The translations under genes and the position numbers were made by a program. A model generated the notes under the pieces. It was not told the origin of the DNA and searched no databases. It saw nothing but the letters and a program-made list of their open reading frames with translations. Source: Methanobacteriota archaeon (GTDB lineage: Archaea > Thermoplasmatota > Thermoplasmata > RBG-16-68-12 > JAFNFQ01). From it: a stretch of DNA of 64,000 nt. Each line of letters starts with the position of its first letter. Positions within the stretch are counted from its first letter, which is position 1. The DNA lies in assembly GCA_017885655.1 (NCBI GenBank), contig JAFNFQ010000004.1:6330-70329 (forward strand). Direction: 5' to 3'. This document shows, one piece after another, positions 57,779 through 64,000 of the stretch.

Positions 57779-58270
57779 CTAGCGAAGGATTCCGCTCGCT
57801 CTAAGATTCACAGAATCGAACAAGACGAAGTCGCCAGATGGGTATGTAGCTCTGTCGATTAGGATTGTTGCGCCAAGGACGATGATATCCTCGCCACCGA
57901 CCGGGCGATACAGCACCTTGTAGAAGCCCCAATTTACCGCTGTCAAGTTCGACAGCTTCACTCCGATCATGGGTTCCGCCCAACCGCCGTGGCCATCACC
58001 TATTGTCATTTTGACATCATCCAAACGTAAGACCTTACCGACTTTGGTCAGAGTGCAGGTCCAATTGCCGTTCGTCAGTTCCACTCGCAGCTCCAAATCC
58101 ATGGGAATATAAGGCGGCCCACTTGTGCTGCTGTTCACAGCCACATACCACCACAGCGCGGCTATGATGATAATGCATATGGCCATGAAGATGGAAGCTA
58201 TCCGAATGAATCTTCTGCGCGAAGGCGGATTTCTTGCATTGCCTGCGGGCATCGTATCGACGCTTTCCAC
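57779..58270 (-). CDS. Hypothetical membrane-anchored protein
   Basis: Basic N-terminus, one TM (IASIFMAICIIIIAALWWYVAV), then an extracytoplasmic domain of about 110 aa. Lower-GC region. No family recognised. Confidence 0.5.
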   Translation of the reverse strand: MESVDTMPAGNARNPPSRRRFIRIASIFMAICIIIIAALWWYVAVNSSTSGPPYIPMDLELRVELTNGNWTCTLTKVGKVLRLDDVKMTIGDGHGGWAEPMIGVKLSNLTAVNWGFYKVLYRPVGGEDIIVLGATILIDRATYPSGDFVLFDSVNLRASGILR

Positions 58271-58553
58271 GTCCTCATGTATGCTCTCAATATGGATAAG
58301 AAGGTTTCAGCTAGGCAGGCTGCACCCAGAATCAACTCACCTCCTTTTCCAGCATGATCCGCACTCTGAACCTAAGCAGGAGGCAGATGTTGTGGGCAAT
58401 CGCCTTCAGCCCGACCCCCCTGCATCGGTTCCAACGCTCCCTGCTGTATTGTCTTCAGGAACCAAGAGACGGGTAGGCTAGGGAATCGGCCGTTTTCCGC
58501 GAGGACATTGGGCAAGAGGCATGGCATCAAAGCCGGTTTCTTGCGCAGACTGA

Positions 58554-58834
58554 GTGCCGTCTCAGGTGTACATCCACAGACGCGCAGAGAAGGAGCTGGA
58601 CGACCTGCCTGAGCATGTGGTGAGGCGGTTCGCGACGGTCTTCGAGATGCTCGAGGAGGATCCGTACCGACCGCGACCCGACCGCGACCCGACTGCGATA
58701 TCAGGCTGGTCAGGGGCCATCCGCGCCTGCATGCAGTCCGCGTCGGGCACTATCGCGGACTGTACGAGGTCGTGGAAGCGGAGAAAGCCGTCTGGTTCAC
58801 CAAGTTCGGGCACCGGCGATCTGTCTACGATTGA
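58554..58834 (+). pseudogene. RelE/ParE-family toxin gene disrupted by an 11-bp tandem duplication (frameshift)
   Basis: N-terminal half in frame 0 (VYIHRRAEKELDDLPEHVVRRFATVFEMLEEDPYRPRP). C-terminal half in frame 2 (GHPRLHAVRVGHYRGLYEVVEAEKAVWFTKFGHRRSVYD*). CCGACCGCGAC occurs twice in tandem (58667-58677, 58678-58688). Removing one copy fuses the halves into an 89-aa RelE/ParE-like protein. Confidence 0.7.
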
Positions 58835-58991
58835 ACGCACGTTCACTGAGAATGAGCACAGGAATGCCAGAATACCTACAGGTGACCGCCGCCTCGAATT
58901 CTTGTCAGACCACCATCCCGCGAATCATCAACGCAGGCAATTGGTAACCTTCAAGTCGGCCCGCGCAGGTTCTACTGTTGTGAAATCTCGA

Positions 58992-59357
58992 ATGGGTCCC
59001 GCAGCGAAGACAGTCGACGAATACCTGGCGAGTGTCCCGCCCGAATCCCGGATCGCCCTCCAGCGGCTGCGCAAGATCATCAAGGCCGCCGCCCCGGACG
59101 CCGAGGCGGTCATCAGCTACTAGATGCCTGCGTTCCGGCAGAACGGGATCCTCGTGTACATCGCAGCGTTCAAGGACCACTGCAGCTTCTTCGTGGGGAG
59201 CCCCAAGATCCGCCGCCAGTTCGCCGCCGAGCTGAAGCCCTTCGCGGCGGGGAAGGGCACGCTCCACTTCACGCCCGACCGGCTTCTGCCCGCCCGCCTG
59301 GTCACGCGCATCGTGAAAGCGCGCGTGGCTGAGAACGCCGCCCGCCGATCCAAGTAG
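58992..59357 (+). pseudogene. DUF1801 (YdhG-like) domain gene interrupted by an in-frame TAG
   Basis: MGPAAKTVDEYLASVPPESRIALQRLRKIIKAAAPDAEAVISY-TAG-MPAFRQNGILVYIAAFKDHCSFFVGS...KGTLHFTPDRLLPARLVTRIVKARVAEN reads as one continuous DUF1801 domain. The TAG at 59121-59123 is in frame with both halves. Confidence 0.7.
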
Positions 59358-59413
59358 GTGTGCATGGAATATCCCCCCACGTCTCTCGAGGATTGGCGTT
59401 GTCAAGAAGCCGT

Positions 59414-60001
59414 TCACATGGTCATGGGCGGCTCGGCGCGATAGCTCAACATGCTCATCTGCGAAGCCGCCCCGGCCCATTTCTCCGGCGGCACGTTCTC
59501 CATCACCGCCCTTGCGAAGTCCTCGAGGCCGCTGAGATACATGTGAAGGCGAATCTTGCCTTCCTTTGACTTGATCACGAACCACTGCGAGGAGGCCGAG
59601 AACACGATCGACTCGATCGACAACCAGGGGCAGAAGAAGTCCCTGCTCCAGGGCGATTTCTTCCTGATGCCGTACCTCGAGATGCCGTACTCCACGCAAG
59701 TCGCCTCGACGAGCAGGGCGAATGACGGCAGACCTATGGCGATGGAAATCGCGACGGCCATCACAACGGCTGCCGTGAGAGACGGCCAATCTGCCATCAG
59801 AGAGATCGCGAAAAAGAAGAAGTAGAAACCAACTCCAAACACCGCGAAGCCCCTGAGCCCCTTGTTGTAATCCAGGAGCAGCTCCCCGGTGGACTCGCTC
59901 CTCTGCGCGCTCCTCTTCCTCCTGGACAATATGAGCGCCTCGATTATCATGGTCAAAGCCGTCGTTGCGGCGATGGAGACGCCCGTGCTCACCGCGTCCA
60001 T
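59414..60001 (-). CDS. Hypothetical membrane protein (about 3 TM plus a soluble C-terminal domain)
   Basis: 195-aa ORF with hydrophobic segments (GVSIAATTALTMIIEALIL, GFAVFGVGFYFFFFAISLM, AAVVMAVAISIAIGLPSFALLV). No family recognised. Confidence 0.5.
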   Translation of the reverse strand: MDAVSTGVSIAATTALTMIIEALILSRRKRSAQRSESTGELLLDYNKGLRGFAVFGVGFYFFFFAISLMADWPSLTAAVVMAVAISIAIGLPSFALLVEATCVEYGISRYGIRKKSPWSRDFFCPWLSIESIVFSASSQWFVIKSKEGKIRLHMYLSGLEDFARAVMENVPPEKWAGAASQMSMLSYRAEPPMTM

Positions 60002-60264
60002 TGCCCGTCAGCCTCCCCCGGGGCGGACTGGATGACCTCGCATTGGCGGTCAGGCTCCAGCGACATCGCTGACTGCATCATCGCTCGTCCTATCAAAGCT
60101 CTGGCGGGACGCCGGCGACCATGGCGGTGGATACGGCGGGGATTGAGGCGGGTGAAGAACGGGATAGTCAGATACGGCAGACATGAGGACGAGGAAGACA
60201 AAGCCGCAGATTGTCGAATCATCTGATGAACTGGATTTGAGCTGACCTGTGGGGCGTTCCGCGT

Positions 60265-61605
60265 TCAGAGCTCCTTCGCCCTATAGATTAGCTTGCTCAT
60301 GTCTGTCTTTCGGATCACCTTCGCTGCTCCCGCCAGATCCTCGAACGTGAAGTCGGGCCTGGCCCTCCTCGCGTCAGCCTCGTACTTCCTCGCCCTCTTC
60401 GCGTCCGCGATCCATATCGTCCAGCACCCGAAGTGCTTCCCCACCACGACATCGGAGACCTTGTCCCCGACCATCCACGCCCGCCTCGGGGAGACGTCGA
60501 GATCCCTCGCCGCCGCGAGCAGCATGGCGGGCTGGGGCTTGTGACACCTGCACTGGCTCATCAGGTTGTGCGGGCAGTAGTAGATCTCTTCAATCCTGAC
60601 GCCATTCTTCGTGAGTTCCTTCAGCATGTTCTCGTGGATCTTCCTCAGCCCCTCGTGGCTCAGGATCTTCCAGCCCATGACGTCCTGGTTCGTGACAATC
60701 GCGAGGCGGAAGCCGCCATCGCACAGCGACTTCATCGCGTCGATAGCGCCTGGAAGGAACTCGAACTCCCGCCAGGTCTTGAGGTACCCGGGCACGCCCT
60801 TGTTGATGACTCCGTCCCTGTCGAGGAACACGACCGGGCCTTTCCCGCCAGAAGATCCTCGTGACTTCAGGAGACCGTGGCGGTGGACCTTGATGTTCGC
60901 CTGCTTCTCCGGGAGGTGGCGGTAAAGATCGACGATGCCCCACTTCGCGAATGGGTTCCTCGTCAGCTCAAGGCCATGGTCGAACAGCTGCCAGTCGACC
61001 TTCTCTATCTCGTCCTCCTTCGGATGGAAATCCCTGCTGAGCACCCGCCCTCGATAAATAAAGCCCAGCGTGTAGGCCGGTTTCTCCGGGAATGTCGAGA
61101 CGTAGACGCCGATTGTGTCCTCCACCGCAACGTCCGCTCCCGTCTCCTCTTTGAACTCCCTCGCACACGCGACCTCCGGCAGCTCGCCGTACTGCATGAA
61201 CCCGCCAGGGAGGTTCCAGTAGCCCATGGAGAATCCCCTCTTGGCCTTGACCATGAGCACCTTGTCCCCCTCCACCGCCGCGACCTCCGAGACGCAGCGC
61301 ATCATCGTCATGTAGATCGCGTTCTTGACGACCGAGTCGACGTCGTCCCTCTCCAGCGCGTCATCCCGCCACAGCCACTCGTCCGGATGGCGGTCCAGCA
61401 GCGGCCTGACCATCTCGACGTCCGCCTCGCTCAATCGCATCGTCGCGAGCTTCTCGACTTTGAATGGGATCTTCTCGCCATCCACCGGAAACCTCAGCTT
61501 TTTGCCATCTTTCACGAGGTAGACCTTGCCGTCAGTCTCGGCATATACCAGCTTCTTCCTCTTCCGCGATGTCATTTCCGGCCTTTTCAAATCGTAATGC
61601 GGCAA
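60265..61605 (-). CDS. Fusion protein: N-terminal unknown region, NUDIX hydrolase, and HAD-IIIA (GmhB/histidinol-phosphatase-like) phosphatase
   Basis: NUDIX box GGFMQYGELPEVACAREFKEETG. HAD-IIIA motifs VVFLDRDGVIN, AIVTNQ, CRCHKPQPAM, and WMVGDKVSDVVVG. Confidence 0.85.
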   Translation of the reverse strand: MPHYDLKRPEMTSRKRKKLVYAETDGKVYLVKDGKKLRFPVDGEKIPFKVEKLATMRLSEADVEMVRPLLDRHPDEWLWRDDALERDDVDSVVKNAIYMTMMRCVSEVAAVEGDKVLMVKAKRGFSMGYWNLPGGFMQYGELPEVACAREFKEETGADVAVEDTIGVYVSTFPEKPAYTLGFIYRGRVLSRDFHPKEDEIEKVDWQLFDHGLELTRNPFAKWGIVDLYRHLPEKQANIKVHRHGLLKSRGSSGGKGPVVFLDRDGVINKGVPGYLKTWREFEFLPGAIDAMKSLCDGGFRLAIVTNQDVMGWKILSHEGLRKIHENMLKELTKNGVRIEEIYYCPHNLMSQCRCHKPQPAMLLAAARDLDVSPRRAWMVGDKVSDVVVGKHFGCWTIWIADAKRARKYEADARRARPDFTFEDLAGAAKVIRKTDMSKLIYRAKEL

Positions 61606-61865
61606 GGCATATAACGATGAGCAAGTGCACTTGTTCGAGGCACGTGCCAGCGCCTCTTTGGCAGTCCTAAGGGTATCATGAGACCGAAATCCGTCGCAAT
61701 CTATTTATGCACGAAAGGACAGATATAATGAGAAGGCCCGGAGCATGTGCAGGATAATCAAGACAAAGAGTGAGACCCTAGCCCTTATTCTCCGCGCGCA
61801 GTATGTGAACGAGGTCTGGAAGAAGGCGCAGACAGGGCAGCCCCCGACCCCGGTCGTCATGAACG

Positions 61866-62108
61866 CTAGGGTTCCGGTTCCGAAGGAGACACCCTAGGCT
61901 GGGCCGCCGGTACCTGTATCGGTCGCTTCGACAGCCTGTTCGCTTGCCCCTCAAGTTCCTGAGCCTTGGCTTTATGCCTGGCGGCTTTGGTTTCTAGTTT
62001 CGAAGCGTCTAACCTCAGCTTGGCGGCTTTCTCCCTCAGCGACGCGGCCTTCGCGTCGTCCTTGGCCTGTTTCTTCAGGTCCCTGATCGTGGAGCCCGGG
62101 ATTGACAC
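61866..62108 (-). CDS. Small Lys/Ala-rich basic coiled-coil protein (paralog of 23854..24087)
   Basis: 80 aa, DLKKQAKDDAKAASLREKAAKLRLDASKLETKAARHKAKAQELEGQANRL. TATA-like GATATAAATG about 28 nt upstream of the ATG. Flanks the 21-bp repeat array. Confidence 0.5.
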   Translation of the reverse strand: MSIPGSTIRDLKKQAKDDAKAASLREKAAKLRLDASKLETKAARHKAKAQELEGQANRLSKRPIQVPAAQPRVSPSEPEP

Positions 62109-62330
62109 AGGCCTCTGAGGGGTGCGGGTCGATATAAATGTTGAGACGCATCACCGCAAAGGTCTCATGTCGAATCTATCCCGCCCACGGCAGCGCTCCC
62201 GCCAAGGACATCCGCATCCATGTCGCCGCCATGCGGATTCACCCGCGGCCAACCGCCGCCGACCCTCTCTACCCTTGAAACACCTCTTCCACCATCTGCG
62301 CCGACGTTTTCTACTCCGTGACCTCGTCGG

Positions 62331-62727
62331 TCCACTAGTAGACCGACGGGTTCCACGCTTGAATCGGCCTGTTTCGAGTCAGAATCGCGGGTCTCCACGT
62401 CGGAAGTCTGTTTTCTACTTGGAGAAATCGTCCATCCACTAGTAGACGAGAGATTTCTCCACGTAGATGTGGCGGATCACGGAGTAGACCCGGTCTGTTC
62501 GGGCGTCCGAGCATGGTTGAGAGTGTAGACCCGTTGAGTCTACGAGTAGAACTGTGCGGTCTACGAGTAGAGATGTCCGGTCCACAAGTAGACCCGTCTC
62601 ATCCACGAGTAGAACTGATCGCTCCACCAGTAGACCCGCTCGGTCCACTAGTAGACCCGTCTCATCCACGAGTGGACCTGTCCGGTCTACAAGTAGACCC
62701 GTTCGGTCCACACGCAAACCTCCTGCC
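62331..62727. repeat. Array of phased 21-bp direct repeats with palindromic core TCYAC-NN-GTAGAC (9 near-perfect units plus about 10 degenerate in-register units)
   Basis: Units start at 62539, 62560, 62581, 62602, 62623, 62644, 62665, 62686 and 62707, exactly 21 bp apart. Weaker cores lie at 62331, 62352, 62394, 62414, 62435, 62457 and 62476, plus a GTAGACC half-site at 62525. The array sits in the 830-bp gap between divergent genes. Confidence 0.85.
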
Positions 62728-62942
62728 TCCAACTTGTCGGGACACCATCGTCCATGGCGTGAGTCCCAAGCGAACGTAGACCCGGAAATTGCGAGGGCGA
62801 CCGACCTCGATGAGCGAGTGGCGCACCATGGCGCGCCAATCATTGTGTCTTAGTCGGCAGGAGAAGAGGCGGGTCCCGATGAATGAATGAGGAGAACCGC
62901 CACAGATTCTTTATTCCCTCGCCCGAGAACAAGGAGGACAAA

Positions 62943-64000
62943 GTGTTGCAGTGCCACGTAGCCGCAAAACCTACTTATCACCGCCAAGTCTACTCTCGTC
63001 CCGTGAGAGTCCACGTCGAGGCCTACGGCTGCACGCTGAACAAGGGCGAGGCCAGAATGATGGAGGAAACGCTGCGCGGGAGCGGGCATGCCATAGTCAC
63101 TGACATTGATTCAGCCGATGCGAACCTTCTCGTGACCTGCACCGTGATCGACGCGACGGAGAGGCGGATGGTCTCTCGGATGAAGGCATTGGCGGGAACC
63201 GGCAAACCTCTATTCGTCTCCGGCTGCATGGCCACCGCTCAGCCCGCCATCGTGAGCGAAGTCGCTCCACAGGCGGAACTTGTCCCGCCGGGGGATTTCT
63301 CCCGCCTATCCGAAATCTTTGGCGGGAAGCAGACCGGATGGCGGGAGGAAATCACATCAATTGAACCGCCAGACTCCAGCGTCGAGGCGATAGTCCCCAT
63401 CGCGCAGGGCTGCATCGGGCGGTGCACCTACTGCATCACGAAGCTCGCGCGCGGCGGCCTGAGGAGCCGCCAACGAGAGCAAATCCTTCGGCAAGTAGAG
63501 CGCCACCTCTCTGCGGGCTACAAGGAGATATGGCTCACCGCGCAGGACTCGACCGCCTACGGGCGGGACATCGGCCTGACCCTCGCTGACCTGATCGATT
63601 CTGTTGCGGGAGTCGAGGGGGATTTCCGCATCCGCGTCGGCATGGCGAGCCCGCAGACCTGCCTCCCGATTCTCAACGAACTCGTCAAGGCCTACGCCTC
63701 CCCCAAGGTCTACAAGTTCCTGCACCTGCCGGTGCAGAGCGGGGACGACGAGATACTCAGGGCGATGGGGCGGGACTACACCATCGACGATTTCAAGCGG
63801 ATCGTTGTGGGATTCCGCGAGGCTTTCCCCGACATCACGCTCTCCACCGACATCATCGTCGGATTCCCCGGAGAGACCGAGAAGCACTTCGGGGCTTCCA
63901 TGAACCTCATCAAGGAAGTCAAGCCTGGCAAAGTCAACGTGACCAGGTTCTCCTCGCGCCCGGGCACGAAGGCCGAGACGATGGCGGGGAAGGTGGCCGG
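62943..64000 (+). CDS. MiaB-like radical SAM tRNA methylthiotransferase (archaeal MtaB/CDKAL1 type), 3' end outside window
   Basis: Not in the ORF track because no stop falls inside the window. My own translation gives VHVEAYGCTLNKGEA (UPF0004 domain), IAQGCIGRCTYCITKLARG (CxxxCxxC), LHLPVQSGDDEILRAMGR, and IIVGFPGETEKHF. GTG 62943 is preceded by AGGAGG at 5 nt; GTG 63003 (MRVHVEAYGC) is the alternative. Confidence 0.88.
   Translation, partial: MLQCHVAAKPTYHRQVYSRPVRVHVEAYGCTLNKGEARMMEETLRGSGHAIVTDIDSADANLLVTCTVIDATERRMVSRMKALAGTGKPLFVSGCMATAQPAIVSEVAPQAELVPPGDFSRLSEIFGGKQTGWREEITSIEPPDSSVEAIVPIAQGCIGRCTYCITKLARGGLRSRQREQILRQVERHLSAGYKEIWLTAQDSTAYGRDIGLTLADLIDSVAGVEGDFRIRVGMASPQTCLPILNELVKAYASPKVYKFLHLPVQSGDDEILRAMGRDYTIDDFKRIVVGFREAFPDITLSTDIIVGFPGETEKHFGASMNLIKEVKPGKVNVTRFSSRPGTKAETMAGKVA

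Noticed and set aside
59121-59123. In-frame TAG as pyrrolysine or programmed read-through.
   Set aside because: TAG is used as an ordinary stop by several confident genes in this window (rpl30e, the SNF2-coupled gene, the radical SAM gene). No pyl genes are seen, and the neighbouring relE is also broken. A nonsense mutation is the simpler reading.
60002-60264. ORFs 59989..60222 (-) and 60032..60226 (+) in the gap before the NUDIX-HAD gene.
   Set aside because: They overlap each other, are R/S/A-rich, and have no motifs. They probably reflect non-coding spacer.
61745-61894. 49-codon plus-strand ORF (MCRIIKTKSETLALILRAQYVNEVWKK...).
   Set aside because: It is short, lacks recognisable features, and its 3' end overlaps the convergent 80-aa gene. 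It is kept only as a note.
62331-62727. Possible CRISPR array.
   Set aside because: The units are contiguous 21-bp repeats with no unique spacers between them. No cas genes or leader-like region are present in the window.
62439-62853. ORFs with perfect heptad peptide repeats: minus-strand LLVDRTG-type (134 aa), and plus-strand RSTSRPV-type and VDP..P.V-type.
   Set aside because: They are by-products of the 21-bp (7-codon) DNA repeat. Several frames on both strands are open at once. The minus frame would use the rare CTA codon for nearly every Leu. Sequence variation follows the half-site/spacer structure rather than codon positions.

Overview
High-GC archaeal chromosomal segment. The gene content looks euryarchaeal or Thermoplasmatota-like, but the exact taxon cannot be determined from this window. 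It opens inside the conserved transcription operon rpoB-rpoA1-rpoA2-rpl30e-nusA. The usual rps12/rps7/EF continuation is absent. In its place, on the opposite strand, sit an orphan 230-aa gene and a 1358-aa secreted propeller/CARDB surface protein.

Most of the rest is housekeeping and metabolism:
- ksgA, a sugar nucleotidyltransferase, an ArsB/NhaD permease, and a hutI-like amidohydrolase overlapping mvk
- a class I aldolase, a Zn-ADH, dCMP deaminase, and the sdhA-C-D-B operon
- acyl-CoA dehydrogenase, ArcS, panE, pirin, archaeal SAM synthetase, RNase Z, and an ABC-2 exporter pair
- three tRNAs: Gly, plus an intron-bearing Phe-Tyr tandem

Several large or unusual proteins are interspersed:
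- an SNF2 helicase coupled to a protein with nine CxxC motifs and no normal start codon
- a 1368-aa TPR protein ending in a RING-like zinc finger
- a wHTH-P-loop-TPR STAND ATPase
- a membrane-anchored SBP-PKD-FN3 protein
- a Ras-like GTPase overlapping a mini TPR gene
- a NUDIX-HAD fusion

The right-hand 7 kb (about 56.6-63 kb) looks accessory and decaying. It holds a roughly 930-bp non-coding stretch and an orphan VapB-like antitoxin. A relE/parE toxin there is broken by an 11-bp tandem duplication, and a DUF1801 gene carries an in-frame TAG.

The most striking element is a roughly 400-bp array of phased 21-bp repeats with a palindromic core (TCYAC-NN-GTAGAC), in an 830-bp divergent intergenic region. 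No CRISPR array, rRNA, transposase or integrase was recognised. Many long ORFs in the track are antisense or off-frame shadows typical of high-GC DNA and were not called.
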